A stretch of 64,000 nt of DNA, taken from contig CAMCUU010000003.1 in the NCBI GenBank assembly GCA_945879065.1, positions 2,079 through 66,078 on the forward strand, in the 5' to 3' direction. Shown piece after piece: positions 36,923 through 44,822 of the stretch. This DNA comes from Francisella tularensis subsp. holarctica. Lineage in GTDB: Bacteria; Pseudomonadota; Gammaproteobacteria; Francisellales; CACEW01. Each line of letters opens with the position of its first letter. Within the stretch, counting starts at the first letter, position 1. The position numbers were made by a program, and so were the translations under genes. The notes below the pieces were generated by a model. The model made no database searches and was not told the DNA's origin. It saw only the letters and a list, made by a program, of their open reading frames with translations.

Positions 36923-38530
36923 ATGAAAAATATCCTAAAGGCATCTTTATTTAATTTGTTTTTTCTAGGGATTCTTAGTTCATCTTATGCATCGACACCA
37001 ATCACCTGGTCACCCTGCCAACAAGATCATTCTTTCTCTTGCGGTATGCTGACCGTCCCACTGGATTATCTAAGACCCTATTCAACCATGATCCAGCTCC
37101 CTGTGGCCATCCACCGAGCTTCCAGCAATAAAATTGGAACGCTGATTTTAAATTTTGGCGGCCCCTGGATTGATGACACTCAAACCGTACAAAACATCTT
37201 CCCCTATTTATCTAAAGGCATTCAGGACCACTTTGATATCGTCGGATTTGCACCACGCGGCACGGGTCCCAATGCTATTTCTTGCCACTCCGATCAAATG
37301 GACCAAGTTCACGCCTTAGAGCAAACGCTCAATTTAACTTATCTCGGAACTTCTTCTGGCGCTGAACAGATTTATAACACGGTCACTTCAGAGCGAAATT
37401 TATGCCAGTACGATGCGTCTTATCCTGAAGCTAAAACAAAAAATACGGTTCAAGATTTAGATCAACTTCGTCAGGCACTCAACATTGATCAATTAGATTA
37501 TTACGGGGCCTCTTATGGCACCAGACTCGGACTGGCCTATCTCATCACTTATCCTGAGCATGTGAATAGCATGGTCTTAGACGCCAACGTCGCACCCAAT
37601 AATAATTTTTTAAAATTTGTTGAAAGCTCTTCAGCCGCTTCAGACAATACACTGCAAGCCTTTTTTAGTTTTTGTTATGCCGCTGGTGAATCTTGTCCCC
37701 TGTATCAAAATTCTCCTCAGGCCATTCAAGCCACTTATCAAAAATTACTAACCCAGGCACAAACTCCAAAAGGCATCCCAACCTCAGCGACTTATTCCAA
37801 CCAACCCTTCACAGCAGCCATGCTGACGGTGTTAGTCACTGGAGACTTGGGTGATTCAACTTCTTGGATGAACCTGGCCTCTGAATTAAATCAAGCCGTT
37901 GTTTCCAATAATGCTGACGCACTCATGAATGATTACAGCTCAGCGACCTCTTATATCCCCGCCACAAATACTTTCCAATATTTTGATGACAGTGCCGTTC
38001 ACAGCGCGGTACTTTGTGCGGATTATTTCATCCCGCAAGCGTTGCAAGATAAATCTAATTGGCTTGCTGAAATGCAAAAATTACACGCACTCTATCCACT
38101 GCAAGGCGGCTTATGGGGTGTCTTCTTCTCTGAAAGCTGTATCAATTGGCCAGGTTCGAGTGACCCACTGCTGCCTCAAAATATTCAGCCAATTCAGCAA
38201 GGCAATCCAAAAGTCCTCATCGTCAATAATGCTTTTGACCCAGTCACACCTTTAAGCTCTGCCCAAGACGAAAGCCAATATCTAAATTCTTTTAAAATTT
38301 CTAACCAGCTACTCACCTGGGGCGGCGCAGGCCATGGGTCTTATCAGCAAAACACGCCACAGAATGGTTGTATTGATACCAATGTTGATCAGTTTTTGCT
38401 CACTAATAATTTCCCAACGATTAGTACTTGCACAGATCAGGTGAATCCGTTTGAACAAAGTGTGGCGCTGAGTCCGAGATTAAATTTAAACTCTCACAAT
38501 CACCCGCCCCACCGGATGCCCATGCTCTGA
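36923..38530 (+). CDS. secreted alpha/beta hydrolase, tripeptidyl-aminopeptidase (TAP, S33) like
   Basis: Signal peptide, nucleophile elbow GASYGT, and a C-terminal TAP-like region (NAFDPVTP). Confidence 0.75.
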   Translation: MKNILKASLFNLFFLGILSSSYASTPITWSPCQQDHSFSCGMLTVPLDYLRPYSTMIQLPVAIHRASSNKIGTLILNFGGPWIDDTQTVQNIFPYLSKGIQDHFDIVGFAPRGTGPNAISCHSDQMDQVHALEQTLNLTYLGTSSGAEQIYNTVTSERNLCQYDASYPEAKTKNTVQDLDQLRQALNIDQLDYYGASYGTRLGLAYLITYPEHVNSMVLDANVAPNNNFLKFVESSSAASDNTLQAFFSFCYAAGESCPLYQNSPQAIQATYQKLLTQAQTPKGIPTSATYSNQPFTAAMLTVLVTGDLGDSTSWMNLASELNQAVVSNNADALMNDYSSATSYIPATNTFQYFDDSAVHSAVLCADYFIPQALQDKSNWLAEMQKLHALYPLQGGLWGVFFSESCINWPGSSDPLLPQNIQPIQQGNPKVLIVNNAFDPVTPLSSAQDESQYLNSFKISNQLLTWGGAGHGSYQQNTPQNGCIDTNVDQFLLTNNFPTISTCTDQVNPFEQSVALSPRLNLNSHNHPPHRMPML

Positions 38531-39421
38531 ATACTCCAGCGCTTCTTTAGCCTGATCTAAAGAAAACACTTTTGAAATGGGAACCTGAAGCGCACCTTTA
38601 TCTGCCAAAATCGCCAAAGCTAATAGACGTTTGGCTGTTGGCTCTGTGTATTCAATTAATGCTTGAACTTCATATTTTTTCATAAGCTCTTGACGTGGAT
38701 TTTCCAGCATCGAAATAATTAGCCCACCCTTTTTCAAAACCTCAAATGATTTTAAATAGACCTCACCACCTAAAGTGTCTAAGACAAAGTCATAGTCGTG
38801 AATTAAGTTCGTAAAATCTTGCGTCTTGTAATTAATAGTTAAATCAGCGCCTAAATTTTTCACAAATTCTTGATTCGCCCCACTCACCGTCGTTGCGACG
38901 TAAGCTCCTAAATATTTGGCGATTTGAATTGCACAAGACCCAATGCCGCCAGAGCCTCCATGAATCAAAATTTTGTGATTTTTAGAAAGATGCATCGTAT
39001 CGACTAAGGCCTGCCAAGCACTGACACCCACCATCGCCAAACCACCCGCTTCAATATGAGAGAGTTTCGTAGGCTTATGAGAAAAAATCTTGGGACTGGC
39101 CGTCATGAATTCTGCAAAAGTTCCACTCTCACCGTTTAAATAATTATTTTGGCCAAAGACTTCATCGCCAATCTTAAAATCTTTGACACCTTCACCGACT
39201 TCAATAATCTCTCCAGAAAAATCCATCCCCAGCGTCAATGGGAATTTGGCAGGTTTAAAATCTTTTAAAAATCCCTCACGAACTTTCCAATCCACCGGAT
39301 TCACGCCTGCGGCATGCACTTTAATTAAAACTTGACCTGGATTTAGTTTGGGTTGCTCAGCATTAAAATTAATTTTAACTTGATCGTTATGGCCGTAGGC
39401 GTTGATTTGAATGGCTTTCAT
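38486..39421 (-). CDS. NADPH:quinone oxidoreductase / zinc-type alcohol dehydrogenase (MDR) family
   Basis: VLIKVHAAGVNPVDWKVREG plus Rossmann motif ILIHGGSGGIGSCAIQIAK. Confidence 0.85.
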   Translation of the reverse strand: MKAIQINAYGHNDQVKINFNAEQPKLNPGQVLIKVHAAGVNPVDWKVREGFLKDFKPAKFPLTLGMDFSGEIIEVGEGVKDFKIGDEVFGQNNYLNGESGTFAEFMTASPKIFSHKPTKLSHIEAGGLAMVGVSAWQALVDTMHLSKNHKILIHGGSGGIGSCAIQIAKYLGAYVATTVSGANQEFVKNLGADLTINYKTQDFTNLIHDYDFVLDTLGGEVYLKSFEVLKKGGLIISMLENPRQELMKKYEVQALIEYTEPTAKRLLALAILADKGALQVPISKVFSLDQAKEALEYSEHGHPVGRVIVRV

Positions 39422-40038
39422 TATTTTTCAATCCCAATCCTCAGATCATTTTTAATATAATTCTCAATAAACCCAGGAAGTTTTCTAGGGTCATTCATCG
39501 CCTCAAAACGCTGGATCATCTCCAGATCTTTCGTGGGCGTTAGATGCACAATTCTCCAAGTATTTCGTGGCTGATCTTCAGGTCCAGATGCCCCATGCTG
39601 AACATGAAAAAGTGGCTGCGTTGGATTTAAAATCTTCGAGGCCCCTTCTAGATTTTTCACCCCTAAAAAAGTAATCAGCTGTCTTTGATGATTCACATAG
39701 ACTTCTTCGTACACCTCTTCATAGACCTCTGGATCCAGCCATTTTCTTTGAGCTGAAGATCTGACAAAAATCTCACCGCCAGTTTTAGAATCAGGTTTCT
39801 TACCCCAAGCTTTCGCCGACCCTTCTTTTAAGACATAGGGAATATAAGCCCCTGGATTCCAGGACTTTTTCATTTCCATGTCCCAGAGCATAGTTTTAGT
39901 AAAATGCAGTGGCTTCTGAAGTTTGTAATGGGCCAAGGCTTGATTTACATCAACGTCGTCTAATTCAATCGCTGTGTAATTTGGATTAGACCAGCAGTTT
40001 TCAAATTCTTTTTCGGCATCGAGGCAGTTGTTAAACAT
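39421..40038 (-). CDS. hypothetical protein (205 aa)
   Basis: ORF tightly packed in the operon, with overlapping stop/start on both sides. Contains an EVYEEVYEEVY mini-repeat. Confidence 0.45.
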   Translation of the reverse strand: MFNNCLDAEKEFENCWSNPNYTAIELDDVDVNQALAHYKLQKPLHFTKTMLWDMEMKKSWNPGAYIPYVLKEGSAKAWGKKPDSKTGGEIFVRSSAQRKWLDPEVYEEVYEEVYVNHQRQLITFLGVKNLEGASKILNPTQPLFHVQHGASGPEDQPRNTWRIVHLTPTKDLEMIQRFEAMNDPRKLPGFIENYIKNDLRIGIEK

Positions 40039-40993
40039 GTTTTGCTCCTTTGATTAAAAATCTTTCATGCGGTGTATCTAAATTTAACTCGGGCCCCTTG
40101 GGAACAATGCCCATAGGATTAATATGCGTATGGCTTAAGTAATAGTGTCTTTTAATATGATCAAAATTAACGGTCTCTGCTAAATCCCATGTCTGATAAA
40201 GATCTTTGAGATAATTAAAAAGATTGGGGTAATCAACAATTCTTCGCCAATTGCATTTGAAGTGGCCGTAATAGACAGCATCAAAGCGAATCAACGTCGA
40301 AAACAATCTTAAGTCCGCTTCAGTGATTTGATTCCCGACTAAATAACGCTGCTGACTTAATAAAATTTCTAATGTGTCCAGCTCTGCAAATAAACGATCA
40401 AAAGCCAGCTCATATTTTTGTTGGTCATTCGTAAAGCCACATTGGTACACGCCGATATTAATAAATTTAAAGACACGATCATTGATTAAATTAATTTCAG
40501 CTCTGAGCGCTTCTGGATAAAAATCTAATTGAACATCCGTGAACGCATTAAATTCTGAATTCAGCATTCGGATAATTTCTGAAGATTCATTATTGACAAT
40601 CGTTCCAGTCTTTTTATCCCACAAAACAGGAACACTGGCACGACCCGTAAAATCAGACCTACCCCTCGCATAGATCTGATGAAGATATTGAGCCTGATTA
40701 ATAAAATCAGAAATGCATCCCAGATTTTCAGAAAACTGCCAACCATTTTGACCCATGATGGGATCAACAATGGAGAGCGAAATAATAGACTCCAGCTTTT
40801 TAATCTTTCGCATCATTAAAGTTCTACAAGCCCAAGGACAAGCCAGAGAAATATAAAGATGATAACGATCAGCCTCTGCTTTAAAACCTGTTGAACCATC
40901 TGCGCTAATCCACTCATGAAATTCATTCATAGGCTGAGTAAAAGTTTTGCTATCAAGATCCGACTTCCAGTGCCCCTGGACCAGCATGCCCAT
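40031..40993 (-). CDS. Xi-class glutathione S-transferase / glutathionyl-hydroquinone reductase (YqjG/ECM4-like)
   Basis: The CPWACR active-site motif matches CPWAHR of YqjG. About 320 aa. Confidence 0.8.
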   Translation of the reverse strand: MGMLVQGHWKSDLDSKTFTQPMNEFHEWISADGSTGFKAEADRYHLYISLACPWACRTLMMRKIKKLESIISLSIVDPIMGQNGWQFSENLGCISDFINQAQYLHQIYARGRSDFTGRASVPVLWDKKTGTIVNNESSEIIRMLNSEFNAFTDVQLDFYPEALRAEINLINDRVFKFINIGVYQCGFTNDQQKYELAFDRLFAELDTLEILLSQQRYLVGNQITEADLRLFSTLIRFDAVYYGHFKCNWRRIVDYPNLFNYLKDLYQTWDLAETVNFDHIKRHYYLSHTHINPMGIVPKGPELNLDTPHERFLIKGAKHV

Positions 40994-40996
40994 GCG

Positions 40997-41617
40997 CTAA
41001 AACCCAAGAACTTCTTTAACCAAGATCACCGTAATTCGGCCTTTTTTAATTTCTTCATGCAAAATAAAAATCTTATTAATGGCACTGGCTGGAACCCCAT
41101 AGGCTTTGCGGGCACGCTCACTTTCTAAAACCAAACAATGCTCATAAAGCCGCTTAAATCCTTCATCTAAATTTTTGACTATTTTTTGCGCGCCAACAAC
41201 CAAGATCAGATGATCTGATCCAAAACTATAAGCCGCAAGCTGGCTACCAGACTGAGAAGACACCATGAGACTTCCCTCTTCAGTCACGGCATGAACACTG
41301 CCGACGGTCCAATCAGGAATATCTCTCAAGCCATGAATCTCTTTGGCTTGTTTGACCTGATCTAGGGAGTAAGAAATTTTTCTGGCGGATTTATACACGC
41401 CAGATTCTTGAATTTCTTTGGAGACCCCAATGGTATCCAGTGTCACTGACGTCATATCCATCACTTCAGCACCTTTAGGTAATAAATCTAAAACTAAAGA
41501 TTTTGCCTCAGCGCCATTCTTGGCAATTTTCACAGACATGCCATGGGATTCGAGTGCTTTGGCAGTTTTAGAAATAATTTCGTCTGAGGGGATTTGATTA
41601 AATTTCGAAGCGGTCAT
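40997..41617 (-). CDS. LUD-domain (LutC/YkgG-like, DUF162) protein
   Basis: Length and pattern (GAEVMDMTSVTLDTIGV ... LILVVGAQKIV) fit the LUD family. Confidence 0.55.
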   Translation of the reverse strand: MTASKFNQIPSDEIISKTAKALESHGMSVKIAKNGAEAKSLVLDLLPKGAEVMDMTSVTLDTIGVSKEIQESGVYKSARKISYSLDQVKQAKEIHGLRDIPDWTVGSVHAVTEEGSLMVSSQSGSQLAAYSFGSDHLILVVGAQKIVKNLDEGFKRLYEHCLVLESERARKAYGVPASAINKIFILHEEIKKGRITVILVKEVLGF

Positions 41618-41632
41618 TGGGCTGTCTCCTGT

Positions 41633-42097
41633 TTAATTAAAATGAGTCGATTGAATGGATAGCCCCAGTTTTTTACAGAGGCGTTTGAGTTCTTTGGTTT
41701 CATCAGTATTTAGAACTGACATCAGCTGAGTAATTTTTTTGACATGATTTGGGAATATTTTTTTCATAAAAGACTGACCAGATTTAGTCAGCTCAACGAT
41801 CACAGAGCGGCGATCATTGGGATCCATCACTCGTGTAACTAGAAATTGTTTTTCTAAATTATCAACAATCGTCGTGATATTGCCTTTGGTACTTAAGACT
41901 TTCTGACCCAATGATTTTTGAGATAAGGGACCTAGATGAAACAAGGCTTCCAAAATACCAAATTGAGCGGGTGTCAAATTATTCTCGAGAATACCTGAAT
42001 TCAGAGTGCTCGAGAAAGTAGAACTGGCGCGCATCAAAGCGATATAAGCGTCCAGCGCTCTAATTTCATTGGGACTGCCTTGGTATTTTGTACCCAT
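41633..42097 (-). CDS. MarR-family transcriptional regulator
   Basis: Winged-helix LTPAQFGILEALFHLGPLSQKSLGQKVLSTKGNITTIVDNLEKQFLVTR..DPNDRR. Confidence 0.85.
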   Translation of the reverse strand: MGTKYQGSPNEIRALDAYIALMRASSTFSSTLNSGILENNLTPAQFGILEALFHLGPLSQKSLGQKVLSTKGNITTIVDNLEKQFLVTRVMDPNDRRSVIVELTKSGQSFMKKIFPNHVKKITQLMSVLNTDETKELKRLCKKLGLSIQSTHFN

Positions 42098-42124
42098 GGA
42101 GGATCTGATTTAGGGGATTGAGAT

Positions 42125-42153
42125 GGTTTAAACCTAAACCAATATTCTGGTTT
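42125..42153. promoter_or_regulatory. candidate MarR operator palindromes
   Basis: ggtttaaacc is a perfect 10-bp palindrome. It is followed by aaacca-atattc-tggttt, just upstream of the marR-led operon. Confidence 0.35.
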
Positions 42154-42239
42154 GTCAAATTTATGGGATTTGAAATATCAGCATTGCTAAACATCTTTAA
42201 TTACTTGAACATTCACCCACAAATTTTAGGGGGAAATAA

Positions 42240-42755
42240 ATGAAATTTTTAAAAATTATGTGTATTGGCATTGCTAGTTTTCTAACCTCAACGTCTTTCG
42301 CTCTCTTAAGTTATAACCCCACTGACCTTAAAACCTTTGAATCTACAAACCAGTGCAGCAACTGCGATTTTTCAGATTTAAATTGGTGGAATGGTAATGA
42401 TGGAGCAACGCTTAACCATTCAGAAGCCATCATCAACGGCTCTAATTTCAGCGGGGATGATATCGAAAATTTTAATCTTTCTGGCTCTCAAGGCGCCAAC
42501 TCAATTTTCACGAATGTATATAACGTCGAGTCTTCTGAGACAGACTTCAGCGGCGCCAATCTTAAAGGAGCTGATTTTTCAGGCAGTAGCTTGGAAAATT
42601 CTAATTTTTCTCACGCAGACCTCACAGGCGCTTCATTTACAAATTCAGATTTAATGGATGCAAACTTTAGCAGTGCCATAGGGGCCAATTTAACAAACGC
42701 TAAAACCATATGTGGTGCGACCATGCCAGATGGGTCTATTGGGAAGTGCAGTTAA
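42240..42755 (+). CDS. secreted pentapeptide-repeat protein
   Basis: Signal peptide, then tandem A(D/N)LxX pentapeptides (ANLKGADFSGSSLENSNFSHADLTGASFTNSDLMDANFS). Confidence 0.8.
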   Translation: MKFLKIMCIGIASFLTSTSFALLSYNPTDLKTFESTNQCSNCDFSDLNWWNGNDGATLNHSEAIINGSNFSGDDIENFNLSGSQGANSIFTNVYNVESSETDFSGANLKGADFSGSSLENSNFSHADLTGASFTNSDLMDANFSSAIGANLTNAKTICGATMPDGSIGKCS

Positions 42756-42783
42756 ATAAAAATTAGGCCCTCTTAATTGACGA

Positions 42784-43092
42784 TCATGCACACAAAATAT
42801 CTAGTCCTTTGGACGCTATAAGATTAAGTAATTTAAGTGCAGGTCCAGTGGGGTGTTTTTCGCCTGTCTCCCATTTCTTTACGGTTGATGGACTCGCATT
42901 AATGTACTCTGCAAAAACAGGCTGACTTAATTTAGCCTTGACACGAATGGCTTTAATTTGCGCTGGGCTTAGCTCTTTCACTTCAGGCAAACACAGGGCA
43001 TCAAACTCTTTCATCGTTTGTATATCCATGATACCGACTTTATGTAGACCCTGTGCGGTCTCATGAATGGTTTCTAATAATGTCTTTTTCAT
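42784..43092 (-). CDS. HTH (XRE/YiaG-like) antitoxin
   Basis: LSQPVFAEYINASPSTVKKWETGEKHPTGPALKLLNLI. 4-nt overlap with the upstream toxin gene. Confidence 0.7.
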   Translation of the reverse strand: MKKTLLETIHETAQGLHKVGIMDIQTMKEFDALCLPEVKELSPAQIKAIRVKAKLSQPVFAEYINASPSTVKKWETGEKHPTGPALKLLNLIASKGLDILCA

Positions 43093-43460
43093 GATTTCAC
43101 CTCTATCAGTTCACCAGATTTAATAACTTGTTTTATTTGATCGTTGTTAAATTCAAAATAAAATTTAGCTAATTTTTTTAATGCCTTTTCTTCTTTATCC
43201 GTAATATTGCTTTTTTTGTTCTTGGCATACCCGTAAAGAAAAATAGATTTATCATTGGTCTTGAATGCGACGATAGTCCTTGCGCCGCCTCGTTTTCCTT
43301 GATTATTGAGAGGCACTCTTTTTTTATAAATATTCCCACCCAGATTTGCCTCATAGAGGTTATTTGATAATTCAGAAGCAGCCGTTACCAGACAGGAATC
43401 AGTGATACCAACTTCTGCCATCCATTCGTCAAAAGGCTTTATTTTAAAAATTCTCATCAA
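43089..43460 (-). CDS. RelE/HigB-like toxin (COG4737/DUF1044 type)
   Basis: GGNIYKKRVPLNNQGKRGGARTIVAFK...FLYGYAKNKKSNI is a characteristic motif. Confidence 0.7.
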   Translation of the reverse strand: MMRIFKIKPFDEWMAEVGITDSCLVTAASELSNNLYEANLGGNIYKKRVPLNNQGKRGGARTIVAFKTNDKSIFLYGYAKNKKSNITDKEEKALKKLAKFYFEFNNDQIKQVIKSGELIEVKS

Positions 43461-43541
43461 TAAGTCTCAGGATTCTTTACTTGTTCATAGTGTGCCACTT
43501 TGTGGCATATATGTCAAATTCATTGATAATTTTTTCACAAT

Positions 43542-44348
43542 TTAAATCCAAAGCTGCTTTCTAAGTTTAATCAGGCGAATCAGCATCTCCGTGTCCTCAT
43601 CTTCTTGCTCCTGCTCTATCTGATAACAACGATCAGATAACTCTTGCCGCTGCTTATCTTCATCTTCAGATCTCTTGAAATCCCAAAGAGTCGTAGGATG
43701 CTCATCGTAGTAAGCGCTTAAACCACTAGCTTCCATGGGATCCTGGCGTTTTGGATAGTCTTCTTTCCACCAGTGATACAGCTCTAAAATTTCTTTTGCA
43801 GCTAAAGCCTGAGGCGTTGGCTGGCCCAAAAGAGGGCTCGATTTCCCGCAGTCATTTTCATCACAGGTCAATTCACTGGCCCACTGAAGATGCTTCAGCC
43901 CCGCTTCTGGACAGCGCCAAGTTCGAATACGAAATAGCTGACGCCTCCAAGGACCTTTGTATTTTTTCCAGTCTTCTTCTGAGCACACAACCATCATCCA
44001 GGCCTGTTCAATTTCAACAAAATTAACCAGCTCATCGAACAGCGCATGCCTCAGCCGAGTATCCATGTCATACCACTCGCCTTTTTTAAGCCTAGAGGTG
44101 AGCGCGTGTGTTTTAGTCAGCCAGCGATTATCAATATAGCCCCCCATATTTCTAATAAATCTAAAAGGCCAAAATATGAAATCCTGCAAATGATCGAGAC
44201 CCTCTTCGACCAACCAATAACGGATTGGCTTCTCTTTAGCCTTGGCCTCCCAGGCCGCCCACTCTTCTAAAGAGCCAGATTCTGGCTTAGGGGTTCCTCT
44301 GAGATAATCCGCAAATTTTGTGCAAGCCCAGCAAGTCGGTTTCAGCAT
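43542..44348 (-). CDS. hypothetical protein (268 aa), Trp-rich, acidic C-terminus
   Basis: Long ORF. No motif recognised. Confidence 0.45.
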   Translation of the reverse strand: MLKPTCWACTKFADYLRGTPKPESGSLEEWAAWEAKAKEKPIRYWLVEEGLDHLQDFIFWPFRFIRNMGGYIDNRWLTKTHALTSRLKKGEWYDMDTRLRHALFDELVNFVEIEQAWMMVVCSEEDWKKYKGPWRRQLFRIRTWRCPEAGLKHLQWASELTCDENDCGKSSPLLGQPTPQALAAKEILELYHWWKEDYPKRQDPMEASGLSAYYDEHPTTLWDFKRSEDEDKQRQELSDRCYQIEQEQEDEDTEMLIRLIKLRKQLWI

Positions 44349-44411
44349 TGATTTCTCTTTTTAAAATTTTGATGTCTTATGTGCCCAATATAACGATTAT
44401 CGTTATTTTGG

Positions 44412-44714
44412 TTACATAAGAACTTTTGCAGCCGGCTTCTTATTCTTAATCTCTCTGAATATCACTAGACACTCAGGAGGCACGAGTAATTTTCCGTATT
44501 TTGGCGTCATAACCGTTATGGTTCTTCTATTCACTCTTTGGACAACACCAATGACCTCACGCGAACCAAGCTCATATAACTCAAAATAACCTACCTGATC
44601 GCCAACTTTGAAGAGGGAAAGTTCTTTTTTAAGCAGAGCTTCATATTCTTCGCGAGTGGGTAATTTTGGAACTTTGGCCCAGTCTTCCTTTGTTAAATAC
44701 ACAAAACCCGTCAT
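44412..44714 (-). CDS. hypothetical protein (100 aa) with VGD-x-V SH3/KOW-like module
   Basis: FKVGDQVGYF...IGVVQRVNRRTITVMTPKYGKLLVP is paralogous to modules in the ORF at 2380-2910. Confidence 0.4.
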   Translation of the reverse strand: MTGFVYLTKEDWAKVPKLPTREEYEALLKKELSLFKVGDQVGYFELYELGSREVIGVVQRVNRRTITVMTPKYGKLLVPPECLVIFREIKNKKPAAKVLM

Positions 44715-44822
44715 TAAATTTCTGCTTGATCACCATAAAAAAACAGCATTTTTACAAAAAAATAAGCAATAGCAACCTATTTCATCATCATATTTTTAAG
44801 TAAAAAATAGTGCTATGAGCCC

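Noticed and set aside
34023-38255. Alternative-frame ORFs 34023-34286, 34892-35098, 35905-36156, 36082-36312, 36574-36825, 36747-36944 and 37929-38255.
   Set aside because: Each lies within a longer ORF that has recognisable domain motifs (LuxR, HlyD, FUSC-like, hydrolase). They have no independent signals.
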